Both the position numbers and the translations under genes were made by a program. Below the pieces are notes generated by a model. That model worked only from the letters and a program-made list of their open reading frames with translations, was not told the DNA's origin and searched no databases. From Bdellovibrionales bacterium (lineage in GTDB: Bacteria; Bdellovibrionota; Bdellovibrionia; Bdellovibrionales; UBA1609), in contig CBDBIB010000001.1 of assembly GCA_965205945.1 (NCBI GenBank), positions 96,001 to 160,000 of the forward strand: a stretch of DNA of 64,000 nucleotides. The letters run 5' to 3'. Position 1 is the first letter of the stretch. Each line of letters starts with the position of its first letter. Positions 50,704 to 60,725 of the stretch are shown here, piece after piece.

Positions 50704-51840
50704 TTAAGTAATTTCCTTTTTCTGAATCAAAAGCCAAGAGGTATAAGAGACAATAAGACTAACTAGAATTGGAGTGGACATAAAGTATAAGTTTAAAAAG
50801 AGATTTGTTAAATATTCTCCTATAAACATAGAGATCCAAAATACAGCGAAGAACCCAAAGGCTAAAAAAATACCAGAACCTTTAGATACTTGAGAGTGTA
50901 ATCTAATACTTAAAAGAGCACCTATAAATAGAAAAAATAAGCATGAAAATGGAGAAATATATCTTTTAATAATTTCTTTTTTGATTTTAAATATATTTTT
51001 TGTATCTTTACTAGATTTAACTGATTTTAAAAGATTAGTCGTTGTTTTATTGGAAATAGGAACTGTAGTATTTGCAGATTCCTTAGAAGAAAGAAAAAAT
51101 TTTATTTGGTATTTTTTAAAAAGTAACTTAACATTAGAAACACCATCTCTTAGTAAGGAGTACATAGTACCATTATTTAATTCAATACCAATAAGGCCTA
51201 TATCATCTACGATTACTTTTCCAGTATCGGCAAAAAGACTAAACTTGTTCCTATCATCACCGTCATAATTAATAAATACAGTTTTTAAAAAACCATCTTG
51301 GTTTTTACTTTGAATATACAATAAATAATTAGGTATTCTATTAATGAACGAACCTGGGGTAATTGCAAAAACTGCAGCGTTTCTTTTTAATTCTCTCTTC
51401 ATTGAGTCAGACCAATAATTACTCATAGGCCCTAGTGTATTAAGAGTGTATATACTTACAAAAAGACTAAGAAGTCCCATAAGAATTGCAGGAGAAGATA
51501 TTTGTAGCTTGCTATATCCAAAAGTTCCTAAAATAACAAGCTCAGAGTTCTGACTTAATAATTCGTAGCCGAAGAGAATAGAAAAAAGTAAGCAAAAGGG
51601 AATTAAAATAGGAAGATATGAAAGTATTAGGAGTGAAAATATTTTTAAAAATATATAAAATGCAGTTTGGTTAGAAAAAATTACTGAGGAAAGCTTTAAA
51701 AACTGGATTATAAATACAAAAGAAATAAGGGCAGTAAGGCTTAAAAAAAAAGAATTGCATAAATTACGTAAAACGTATCCAAAGACTTTTGGAGGCATAA
51801 CTAGGTCTTTAAGAAAGCTAGATTTATAACTAAATAGCAT
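50704..51840 (-). CDS. lptF: LptF/LptG family LPS export permease
   Basis: 3+3 TM layout with periplasmic beta domain, LSQNSELV motif. Confidence 0.8.
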   Translation of the reverse strand: MLFSYKSSFLKDLVMPPKVFGYVLRNLCNSFFLSLTALISFVFIIQFLKLSSVIFSNQTAFYIFLKIFSLLILSYLPILIPFCLLFSILFGYELLSQNSELVILGTFGYSKLQISSPAILMGLLSLFVSIYTLNTLGPMSNYWSDSMKRELKRNAAVFAITPGSFINRIPNYLLYIQSKNQDGFLKTVFINYDGDDRNKFSLFADTGKVIVDDIGLIGIELNNGTMYSLLRDGVSNVKLLFKKYQIKFFLSSKESANTTVPISNKTTTNLLKSVKSSKDTKNIFKIKKEIIKRYISPFSCLFFLFIGALLSIRLHSQVSKGSGIFLAFGFFAVFWISMFIGEYLTNLFLNLYFMSTPILVSLIVSYTSWLLIQKKEIT

Positions 51841-51989
51841 AAAAACAGTTACCTTAGGTTATTTAGACTAACAAGCCTATTTTAATAATTTAAAATAAGT
51901 TTATCCTAGTGTATTATAATGTGTAGAGCTGTCTAAATAGGTTAAGATTTGAGCAAAAACATTAAATTTTCATAAATTAAGACAGAGTT

Positions 51990-53870
51990 TTAAGATGATT
52001 TTTTAAAATTAAACCAGGATTTGCGAGTAGTTTTTTTAACGACTCCAACTCTACTTTTAACTATCTGTAGCTCTCTTCTAGCAGGTAAAAACTGAGGATT
52101 ATTTTCTAATGAAAGAGCTATAAACTTTTGAAAACCATTAAAATCACTCTGAGCCAATAATTGTAGTGCTTTTATATAATAGTATAAAGCATTATTAGTT
52201 AAAGTTTTCTGTTCTTTTTGCATAAAAGTATTTATAGAATCGTTAACTTTAAAACTATTTTTGCTCTTTAATGCTGCCCATAAGTAGTATAGCCCAAATT
52301 CATTAGGATAGTTTTTATGCATTTCGTTAGTGTCTAAAAGTTTAAAAGCTTTAGAATATTCTCCCTTATTTAAAAGAATTTTTGAAGATTCAAGAACATT
52401 GTTATATTCTAGTTTCATTTGTGTTTTTTGGTTTTTTTTAAAACTTTCATAAGTTATTCTATTGCCAGAAGTTTTAATTAGATTAAATGCCGTTGTAAGC
52501 TCAACAAAAACACTCTTGGCTTCATAAAGCTCTTGAGTAGAGAGTATAGTAGTTATTCTATCAGGATGTAGTTCTTTAGATAATTTTTGATATGCCTTAG
52601 AGATGTTTTGATCACTGGCATTATTTTGATGAATATTAAAAAGAGAATAAGGATTGTTTTGTTTTAATTTAATTTTAAGGCTTTGAATTAGTTTTAAGAG
52701 TATCTCTTTTTTTGTAGAACCTGAAGGATTGATTTCATTTTGAACTTTTAAGTTGTCTTGGATTAAATTAGAAAATATTAAAATAAGATCAATCTTTGTT
52801 AAATCTTTAGGACTAGAAGAAAGAATTTTATCTAATTCTTTAGAGTTTTGAGTTTTGCTTTGAGTATAAAAAGGTGATTTTATAAACGTAACTTCAGATA
52901 TAATAGAGTTTAAATTTTGAAATAAAGATTCTGGAGCTTTAGACTCAAGCCAAATGCACATTTCCTTTTTGATCTCATACTGATTTAAACTGGTTGAATC
53001 ATCAAAATTTTTTTCTTCAGGTTCTGGCATAAAAGTACAGGTCATATTTTGTATAGATAAAAGACCATTTAACCTATTGATGTGTTGTTGTTTCATGGCC
53101 ATAGGAATAGCATGTGGACTTAGTAAATTTAAATTTACTAGTGTTGTTCCAATACGGGTTTTATTAGTTTTAAATTCTTTAGAGTTTATATAAGAAGAAA
53201 GGCTTTCTCTAGTAAGATAACCTAAACCGACTAAAAGTTCTCCTAAAGAGTTGCTATACTCAGATGAAGATATTTTATATAAAAATCCTGATTTTATAGT
53301 AATAGTGTAGTAAATTTTTGTAAAAGAGTCAGCTAGATTTATTGTATAAGAAAAGCCAAAGTTTGAAATTAAAGGTAGAATATAAGAGAGTTCAAAACCA
53401 TTAATTTTTTTTGTTAAATTTAAAATTTCAGAAACCTTATGTTCATTCATATTTTCATGAAAAAGGGGTTTTAAGACAAAAGCGTTTTCTTGTTGTGAGC
53501 AACGGTTAAAAACTTCTTCTAACTTTTTTTTTGAAATCGGTTTGATTAAATAATCCTCTATGTAATTAAAGGATTCAGCTTCTTTAGTGGATACCTTATC
53601 AATAAGAACACCACTCATAAGAATTATTTTAGTATTAAGATTTTTTTCTTTAATTATTAGGTTTAACTCACTAGCTAAAGTGAAACCATCTTTTACGGGC
53701 ATAAGACAATCAATTAAAATGAGGTCAAAGTTATTTTGATTTAAAATATTTTTTGCCTGCTCGGATTTAAGGCAAATACTTGCAAAGTGACCTATATGAG
53801 TAATAAGGCGCTCTAAACTAGATGCAAACTCTGTGGAGTCATCGATGATTAGAATATTAAGACTATTCAT
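51990..53870 (-). CDS. Response regulator receiver + MshEN-like + J-domain + TPR-like protein
   Basis: IIDD..IDCLMP..KP receiver; LGELLV.LGYL / RIG..LV..LL motifs; KAYQKLSKELHPD. Confidence 0.85.
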   Translation of the reverse strand: MNSLNILIIDDSTEFASSLERLITHIGHFASICLKSEQAKNILNQNNFDLILIDCLMPVKDGFTLASELNLIIKEKNLNTKIILMSGVLIDKVSTKEAESFNYIEDYLIKPISKKKLEEVFNRCSQQENAFVLKPLFHENMNEHKVSEILNLTKKINGFELSYILPLISNFGFSYTINLADSFTKIYYTITIKSGFLYKISSSEYSNSLGELLVGLGYLTRESLSSYINSKEFKTNKTRIGTTLVNLNLLSPHAIPMAMKQQHINRLNGLLSIQNMTCTFMPEPEEKNFDDSTSLNQYEIKKEMCIWLESKAPESLFQNLNSIISEVTFIKSPFYTQSKTQNSKELDKILSSSPKDLTKIDLILIFSNLIQDNLKVQNEINPSGSTKKEILLKLIQSLKIKLKQNNPYSLFNIHQNNASDQNISKAYQKLSKELHPDRITTILSTQELYEAKSVFVELTTAFNLIKTSGNRITYESFKKNQKTQMKLEYNNVLESSKILLNKGEYSKAFKLLDTNEMHKNYPNEFGLYYLWAALKSKNSFKVNDSINTFMQKEQKTLTNNALYYYIKALQLLAQSDFNGFQKFIALSLENNPQFLPARRELQIVKSRVGVVKKTTRKSWFNFKKSS

Positions 53871-53877
53871 ATGTGAT

Positions 53878-53905
53878 ATTTCGGATTTTTAAGTCTCACA
53901 TTTGA
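53878..53905 (-). promoter_or_regulatory. Putative sigma28 promoter
   Basis: TCAAA-N15-TCCGAAAT, 7 nt before ATG 53870. Confidence 0.55.
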
Positions 53906-53991
53906 TAGTGATCTTAAATATTCTTGAGATTTAACTGTCAAGACGATAATCTCAAGGTTGTTAGCCCATATGAAAGGTTTAAGGAGACAAT

Positions 53992-54312
53992 ATGAGTATT
54001 TTAAACATTAATGATTCTCAATTTGAGACGGAAGTTATAAATTCAGGAAAAACTATTTTAGTAGATTTTTGGGCAGAATGGTGTGGGCCATGTAAAGTAT
54101 TAGGGCCAAAACTTGAAGAGATTTCAAGCGAATTAGCAGATTCTGTAAAAATCATTAAAATTAATATTGATAAAAATAAAGAAACTGCACAAAAGTTTGG
54201 AATTAGAAGTATCCCTACCATGATTATTTTTAAAGACGGAAAAGATGTTGAGACAATGACCGGAAACCTTTCTAAAAAAGAGATTTTAGGAAAATTAACA
54301 GCTCAAATTTAA
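53992..54312 (+). CDS. trxA: Thioredoxin
   Basis: WCGPC active site. Confidence 0.97.
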   Translation: MSILNINDSQFETEVINSGKTILVDFWAEWCGPCKVLGPKLEEISSELADSVKIIKINIDKNKETAQKFGIRSIPTMIIFKDGKDVETMTGNLSKKEILGKLTAQI

Positions 54313-54330
54313 TTTTTTAAAAGCGTATTT

Positions 54331-55437
54331 TTAATTAAATAAGCTTTTTTTTCTAATAATATTAGAAATTAAACCCAACGCTGCCATATTTGTTAAAATA
54401 GAGGACCCCCCGTAACTTAAAAGTGGTAGCGGTAAGCCTACAATGGGAAGTATTCCTGTAATCATACTAATATTTATAAAGAAATGCCAAAATATAAACC
54501 CACTAACACCTATACAAACTAAGGCCCCATAGGGATCTGTGGTGAATCCTGCGACATTAATAATATTTAAAAACAAGAATAAGAAAAGTAAGATAATAAA
54601 AGCAGATCCTATAAAACCATGCTCTTCGCTTAAAACAGAAAAAATAAAGTCAGTATGACGCTCTGGTAAAAATTCTAATTGTGATTGAGTTCCTTTGCGG
54701 TACCCACGACCTAGAAAGATTCCACTTCCTACAGCAATCTTTGATTGTCTAGAATTGTATCCTCCTCCACGAAGATCTTTTCCTGGGTTTAAGAAAGTGT
54801 AGATTCTTTGCTTTTGATACTCTTTAAGCCCATAATTCCAAACTACAGGAAGTGATAATGAGCCCATAATAAAAGCTGAAATCAAAATCCTTTTATCTAT
54901 TCCAACAAATAAAATCATAGAGCCTGCAATAGCGGCCATGATTAAAGATGTTCCAAGGTCAGGTTGTATAACAGTTAGAGTGAAGGGGATAAACAAAAGA
55001 GCAATTGGTAAAATAAGATCTTTTAGATTTAAAGAGGGCTTTAAAAGATTTTTAGAAAGAACTGCAGCTAGTGCAAGTACCAACGCAATCTTCATAGTTT
55101 CAGAGGGTTGGAGTCTAAAAAACCCAAAATCAATCCATCGTTGTGCACCATAAAAACTTTTTCCTATAATTTGCACTAAAACAAGAAAGCCAATATTGAT
55201 AAAGTAAATAGGCCAGGTTAAGCGCTTTATAAAATTAAAATTAATAAATGTAAGAGCTAAAAAAAGCAGCCAGCCTAAAACAAACCAAATAATTTGAGAC
55301 ATAAAAACTGTACTAATCCCTATGGAAATAAGAGAGTGTGATGCACTGTACAGGTTTATAAGAGAGGTGATGGTTAGTATGGCTATTAAGAATATAAAGT
55401 TAAAATCAGCTCTTATTCTGGTATTTTTAAGTTCCAT
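54331..55437 (-). CDS. rodA: Rod shape-determining protein RodA
   Basis: GAQRWI, QPSE, QPDLGT, PERHTDFIF, SYGGSS. Confidence 0.96.
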   Translation of the reverse strand: MELKNTRIRADFNFIFLIAILTITSLINLYSASHSLISIGISTVFMSQIIWFVLGWLLFLALTFINFNFIKRLTWPIYFINIGFLVLVQIIGKSFYGAQRWIDFGFFRLQPSETMKIALVLALAAVLSKNLLKPSLNLKDLILPIALLFIPFTLTVIQPDLGTSLIMAAIAGSMILFVGIDKRILISAFIMGSLSLPVVWNYGLKEYQKQRIYTFLNPGKDLRGGGYNSRQSKIAVGSGIFLGRGYRKGTQSQLEFLPERHTDFIFSVLSEEHGFIGSAFIILLFLFLFLNIINVAGFTTDPYGALVCIGVSGFIFWHFFINISMITGILPIVGLPLPLLSYGGSSILTNMAALGLISNIIRKKSLFN

Positions 55438-55439
55438 AG

Positions 55440-57380
55440 TTATTTCTTACCCTTAGTTTTAAAAATTTTAGGATGATGTGTTTTCATATAAAGAGTTAAG
55501 AGATCAATTACCATAGGGGCAGCACCACTTGCACCATGACAGGTATGAAGTGCTAAACCTGCAACTACAATTTCTGGATTTTCAGCAGGTGCAAAACCAA
55601 CAAAAATACCATGGTGGCGGTCTTTTTCAGGACGACTTTCACATTTTGTATAAATATCATTAGAGCTAAACCCTCGAACTTGTACAGTTCCAGTTTTTCC
55701 AGCCATTAAAAATTTTTTAGAAGATCTATATCGTGCTGTCCCACGCTCACCATGAGCGACTTTTATAAGCCCTTCAATAACAGATTCAAAATCTTTTTTT
55801 CTCATTTTAAGGCCCGTTTTATCTGTAAGATTTTCTATGAGTTCAGGTTGAAAAGACTCAACAGTATTTTCGTTTTCATCTAAAATTTCCTTGACTAAAA
55901 TAGGTTTTATAACTTTTCCTTTAGAGGCAAGACTTAAATATCCTCTGGCAAGTTGTAATAAAGTAGTATTAATAGCTCCTTGACCAATAGAGTAGCTTAA
56001 GTCCTCACCTTTTTGCCAACTGTCTTTACGGTTTTTTTTAGCCCAGTCAGTAGTGGGAAGTAACCCTTTAGATTCTTGAACATATTTAACACCCGTGTTT
56101 TTTCCTATTCCAAGCCTTGAAATTATTCGAGACATTTCATCCACGCCAAGAGTTATCCCAAGTTTATAGAAAAAAATATTTCCAGAAACTTCTAAAGCCT
56201 CACTTAAATTAATAGTACCATGACCACTTTTTCTTGAATCGTGATAATCTCTTTTTCCAAAATGAAAAACTCCTGGAGAATTAATCTTTGTATGTTTTTT
56301 TATAGCATTTAAATGAAGAGCAGTAAGTCCAACAAAAGGTTTAAAAACAGAACCTGGAGAATAGGTTCCCTGGGCAACTTTATCCGTTAAAGGTTTAAAG
56401 CGATTTGTATTAAGTTGCTTCCAACTTTCATTAGAAATTCCTGTTTGAAAAACATCTGGATGAAAGGAAGGGTTTGAGGCCCATGCTAAAATTTCACCTT
56501 TGATGCTTAAAGCAACAAGTCCTCCTTTTCTTATGCCAATTTTATCTTCTCTATAAAAAGTTTTAAAGGCTTTAGATTGAAGGTTTTTATCTAAAGTCAG
56601 GATAATGTTGTTTCCAATTTTAGGGTCAACATTGTTTAAGCCGATATAAGAAATTAATGAGCTTGCTGCAGTTTGAACACGTCCTTTTACATCTACTTGT
56701 ACATAAGATATACCATCAACCCCTCTAACCTTAGAGTCTAAAGATTTTTCAAGACCAGTTTGCCCAATTTGATCACCCAGTTTAAAAATAAATCCTTTTC
56801 TACGCATTTTTTTAATTTGAGGCTTTGATGCTAATGAAACATAACCAAAAATTTGCGCCCCAGACTCTTTAAGTGGGTAGTCTCTAAAAATAACTTCTTC
56901 AACTAAAATTTTCGGATATCTTAAGCGAAGCTGCTTAAGTTTAAGGGCTTCATCTTGAGAAATTTCTTTAGAAACTATTCCAGGGTTAAAAGTTCCTGTT
57001 TTATTATAACTGCGAAGTGTTTGTTTTAATAATTTTTCAGGATTTTTTTTAAGTATGCTTGAGATAAGTTCAATAATTAATTTAAGTTCAGATTTATGCT
57101 GTTTTCTAAAAATAATAGGGTCTAAAGAAAGTCTAAAACCCGGTCTATTTGTTACAAGTGTTTGTCCATTACGATCTAAAAAATTCCCTCTAGGAGCCTG
57201 AACCTGTTGTTCTTTAATAGTATTTTTATCAGAAAAAACCCTTAGTCGACTTCCATTTAAAATTTGTAAGAACCATAGGCGAGCTAAAAGTATAACAATT
57301 AATAAAAAAACAACCGCAAAGGTTTTTTTTACTCGACTTTGATTCGCCTGTAAAAGTTCTTTTGATTCATAGATATTCAC
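55440..57380 (-). CDS. mrdA: Penicillin-binding protein 2
   Basis: PGSVFK, KTGT; upstream of rodA. Confidence 0.95.
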   Translation of the reverse strand: MNIYESKELLQANQSRVKKTFAVVFLLIVILLARLWFLQILNGSRLRVFSDKNTIKEQQVQAPRGNFLDRNGQTLVTNRPGFRLSLDPIIFRKQHKSELKLIIELISSILKKNPEKLLKQTLRSYNKTGTFNPGIVSKEISQDEALKLKQLRLRYPKILVEEVIFRDYPLKESGAQIFGYVSLASKPQIKKMRRKGFIFKLGDQIGQTGLEKSLDSKVRGVDGISYVQVDVKGRVQTAASSLISYIGLNNVDPKIGNNIILTLDKNLQSKAFKTFYREDKIGIRKGGLVALSIKGEILAWASNPSFHPDVFQTGISNESWKQLNTNRFKPLTDKVAQGTYSPGSVFKPFVGLTALHLNAIKKHTKINSPGVFHFGKRDYHDSRKSGHGTINLSEALEVSGNIFFYKLGITLGVDEMSRIISRLGIGKNTGVKYVQESKGLLPTTDWAKKNRKDSWQKGEDLSYSIGQGAINTTLLQLARGYLSLASKGKVIKPILVKEILDENENTVESFQPELIENLTDKTGLKMRKKDFESVIEGLIKVAHGERGTARYRSSKKFLMAGKTGTVQVRGFSSNDIYTKCESRPEKDRHHGIFVGFAPAENPEIVVAGLALHTCHGASGAAPMVIDLLTLYMKTHHPKIFKTKGKK

Positions 57381-57916
57381 TTTTCAACCTCAAAACCAAA
57401 AGGATATTTTACATGACAAGATGAGTCGATGAAAATTAGTATTGGGCGAATTAATACAAAGAGGGCAGACGATGTTAAGGCTGAGATGATCCACTTTATA
57501 ATTTTAGGGTGCTGAATAGAAGTATCTCCAAGTATCCAACTGATAGTAAAATAAAATACATAAAAACTTATTATAGCAATAAGTGAACATATTGAAAAAT
57601 ATGAAGGACCTTGAGTAAAAGAGCGGTTTTTAATAGCATGTATTAAGACCAAAACTCCCAAAAAACTCAGTATTGAGGCGTGATAGGGTATTCCAGAAAA
57701 AGCACCTAAGAAAAAAGGAGAAATCAAAGAGAATAAAATACCAGTAAGAAGGTCTCTGTGAAGACTTATAAAAATCAAACTAATTATCCAAAGATCAATT
57801 TCAATAAAAGAACTTCTAGGACTAAAAAAAATTGACTCAATAGCGCAAAAACAAATAAAAAAAAGAATCTGTAGACAGAATGCTAATATTGAAAAAAAAG
57901 TTTTATTTTGCTTCAT
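57377..57916 (-). CDS. mreD: Rod shape-determining protein MreD
   Basis: Polytopic membrane protein between mreC and mrdA. Confidence 0.75.
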   Translation of the reverse strand: MKQNKTFFSILAFCLQILFFICFCAIESIFFSPRSSFIEIDLWIISLIFISLHRDLLTGILFSLISPFFLGAFSGIPYHASILSFLGVLVLIHAIKNRSFTQGPSYFSICSLIAIISFYVFYFTISWILGDTSIQHPKIIKWIISALTSSALFVLIRPILIFIDSSCHVKYPFGFEVEK

Positions 57917-57920
57917 GTGT

Positions 57921-58736
57921 TTACTCTTTAGTAACCCCCGGGCTCTTAATCACAAAAAGTTCTTCGGCATTAAAAAGATCAACTAAGGGACGAATTGCTG
58001 CAGCCTTTGTAATTCCTGCGTTTGAAATTTTAATATTCTGAACCACCCCAATAGGGAGACCTTTAGGGTAAATACCCCCACTACCCGAGGTTACAATGAG
58101 GTCGCCCATTTGGATATCTAAAGATAAACCAAGGTGTCTAGCAGAGATTAAATTGTCACCCGTACCCTGAATAATAAGTTTTTCCCTTGAACGTTGAATA
58201 AGCCCTTCAATAACAAAAAAACGATCGGTAAGTATAAGAACCTGTGACCTTTTAGAAGAAGTTTTTAAAATATTACCAATTACGCCATTTAACCCAAGAA
58301 CGCCCATTTGTGCTTTAACGCCTTCTTTCATACCTTTATTTATAGTTAAAGTTTGGTTTTCTGAAAGTAAATCTTCAGATATAACAGAGCTTGCAATAAG
58401 CTTCATGGGGCTTTTTTCTTTAAGTTTAAGAAGCTTTTTTAGACGACTATTTTCTAACTTAAGCTCTTGGTAGGTGACACTTTCCATTTTTAGTTGTGAT
58501 GCTTCTTTGAGCAGTTTTTTGTTGTTTTTCTTAATTGAAATAAGGTTTAAGTACTTGCTTGTAGTGTCCTCAACTCCTTGACTAATAAAGCTTAAAGCAC
58601 TTTGAACTTTATAAGAGGCTTCTAAAAAAGGTGAAGATATGATGCGTAAAGAGCTTTCTAAATTAAATAACACGATAGGGGAAAAAATAATAGCAGAGAC
58701 AGCAAGTACTTTTTTAAAGTTAAAATGGAAAAACAT
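57921..58736 (-). CDS. mreC: Rod shape-determining protein MreC
   Basis: ENSRLKKLL, INKG...GV, VTSG.GGIYPKGLPIG. Confidence 0.95.
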   Translation of the reverse strand: MFFHFNFKKVLAVSAIIFSPIVLFNLESSLRIISSPFLEASYKVQSALSFISQGVEDTTSKYLNLISIKKNNKKLLKEASQLKMESVTYQELKLENSRLKKLLKLKEKSPMKLIASSVISEDLLSENQTLTINKGMKEGVKAQMGVLGLNGVIGNILKTSSKRSQVLILTDRFFVIEGLIQRSREKLIIQGTGDNLISARHLGLSLDIQMGDLIVTSGSGGIYPKGLPIGVVQNIKISNAGITKAAAIRPLVDLFNAEELFVIKSPGVTKE

Positions 58737-58867
58737 CTAAGAAATAGGTCTCCTTACCAATAGTGTACAATACTTTTAATTTAATATAATCCTAAAAGTT
58801 TACTCAATATAAATTTCGTGTCACCATAAGGTACAGTGTTTTTTTTAAACTTTAAAGGAATAATGAA

Positions 58868-60325
58868 ATGATTGAAAAAATTAGAAAACCAAAGAAATCA
58901 AAAAACATTATGAATTATACTGTTTATACTATTATTTTTGGAATGATCATTGCTACTTTCATATTTATGATCCCAGGTATGGGAGGTGGTGGAGGGACTG
59001 TGAATACAGCTGCTGAAGTAGGTTCAGCATCAATCTCTTTAAAAGACTATAGGGATCAGTTAAAAAGAACTAGAGGTGAGTATTCAAAGCTTTTTAATGG
59101 TGAGATTCCAGCATACTTTGAGAAAAATTTAAAAAATCAAGTTTTACAGGGGCTTATAAAAAAAGAAGTGCTCACCCAGTACGCAAAAAAGAATAATTTA
59201 ATAGTTTCTTCCGTTGAGGTTGCAGATTTTATTAAAAAAGATATTCCCGCTTTTCAAGAAGACGGTGAGTTTTCATATAATAGATATAGTATATATTTAA
59301 AAAACACTAGGTCTACAGCTAAAAAGTTTGAAAATATGGTGTCCAAAGATATTGCCTTTAAAAGGATTTACAATATGTTGTCAAGCTCATTGGTAAAATC
59401 AAATGAAGAAGTAAAGCTTGCAAAAACAGCTTTGAATGTTGAAGTTTCTTATAGCTTTATTGAGCTTAAAAATAAAGATTTAGAAAAAACTATAAAAATA
59501 CCTAAAGAGTCTATAGATGAGTTTGTCCAAGATACTAAAAGTGAGCTTCTTTTACAAGAGCAGTATGGAAAAATGGCGGGGCAATTTGATATTCCAGCTA
59601 AAGTTGACCTGGGTTATATCTTAATTAAAGACCAAGAAAAAGCTTTAACTCTTTCTAAGAGGTTAACAGCTTTAAATTTTAAAGAAGAAGCAAAGAAAAA
59701 CTCTGAAGATCCTTTGTCTAAAGATAAGGGTGGTGACCTTGGTGAAATTACTCAAGGAGGTTTTTCTCCTGAAATAGAAGCTAAAGCATTTAAAATGAAA
59801 AAAGGTGAGATTAGTACCCCCTTTAAAACAAATTTAGGATATGCTATTCTACATCTGAAAAATTCAAAACCTAAATCTGTAAAGCTATTAAAAGATGTTA
59901 AAAATCAGGTTGCAAAAGCTTATTTACAAAAACAAGGTGTTTTGACTTTAAAAAACAGTTTAGTTGCAGCAGTTCAAAAAAAACCTTCTGAGTTTGAGAC
60001 TAGAATTGCTCAAGCGGGCTTAAAGTGGAAGGAAGATCAAAAATATTCTTTAGGAGTATCTAGTTTGCCAGGTATTGGTGAATCTGAAGAAATTACGGAT
60101 AAATTATTATCTTTGGGAAAAAATGAAGTATATAAGAACATTGTTTCTTTTAAAAATAATGAATACTTTATTAAGTTAAAGAGTCTAAAAACTAAAACTC
60201 TTAAAGTTGATGCTAAGGTAGCTCAAAACAAGGTCTCTGGAAGAAGTAATCAGTTGATTAATTTAATGTATGAAAATGAGAGGCAGGGCTTAAATATTAA
60301 ATTAAACCCACAATTATTAGATTAA
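58868..60325 (+). CDS. ppiD: PpiD/SurA-type periplasmic chaperone-PPIase
   Basis: N-terminal TM, SurA-N domain, SED..SKDKGGDLG parvulin motif. Confidence 0.88.
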   Translation: MIEKIRKPKKSKNIMNYTVYTIIFGMIIATFIFMIPGMGGGGGTVNTAAEVGSASISLKDYRDQLKRTRGEYSKLFNGEIPAYFEKNLKNQVLQGLIKKEVLTQYAKKNNLIVSSVEVADFIKKDIPAFQEDGEFSYNRYSIYLKNTRSTAKKFENMVSKDIAFKRIYNMLSSSLVKSNEEVKLAKTALNVEVSYSFIELKNKDLEKTIKIPKESIDEFVQDTKSELLLQEQYGKMAGQFDIPAKVDLGYILIKDQEKALTLSKRLTALNFKEEAKKNSEDPLSKDKGGDLGEITQGGFSPEIEAKAFKMKKGEISTPFKTNLGYAILHLKNSKPKSVKLLKDVKNQVAKAYLQKQGVLTLKNSLVAAVQKKPSEFETRIAQAGLKWKEDQKYSLGVSSLPGIGESEEITDKLLSLGKNEVYKNIVSFKNNEYFIKLKSLKTKTLKVDAKVAQNKVSGRSNQLINLMYENERQGLNIKLNPQLLD

Positions 60326-60688
60326 ATCTATGAATCACAATACAACATATTAATAACGTAAACGGCTGCTTTAAGCTAAAGATTTTTTAAGTTTTACTTA
60401 GCACGTGTATAAGGTGAGTTATCAAGAGTATAAGGGAAATATTAAAGCAAATATTATTGATTTTTACACCCGTCTTTAAAACAAAAAAATATAGAGCTTA
60501 AGATTTAAGAGGATAAAATAGAGCTGAATTAGAATTTTTAGTGCGATCTCTTTTTTATTTAAAATGTCACATATGGGGCTCTAGGCTTTAATCCAAGTAT
60601 TTTACTCATAAAATATCATAAAGCCTTTGTCTCAATTTAGAACATTTTGGTTTCATTTGTATTAATTTTAGATTAATACAAACTATCT

Positions 60689-60716
60689 TAACTAAAGTCT
60701 AACTTTATTCCGATAG
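60689..60716 (+). promoter_or_regulatory. Putative sigma28 promoter
   Basis: TAACT-N15-TCCGATAG, 9 nt before ATG 60726. Confidence 0.5.
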
Positions 60717-60725
60717 GTCTTTAGT

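Noticed and set aside
50593..51989. oriC at the skew switch
   Set aside because: No DnaA boxes (TTATCCACA) or dnaA/dnaN/gidA nearby, so it is not called as a feature
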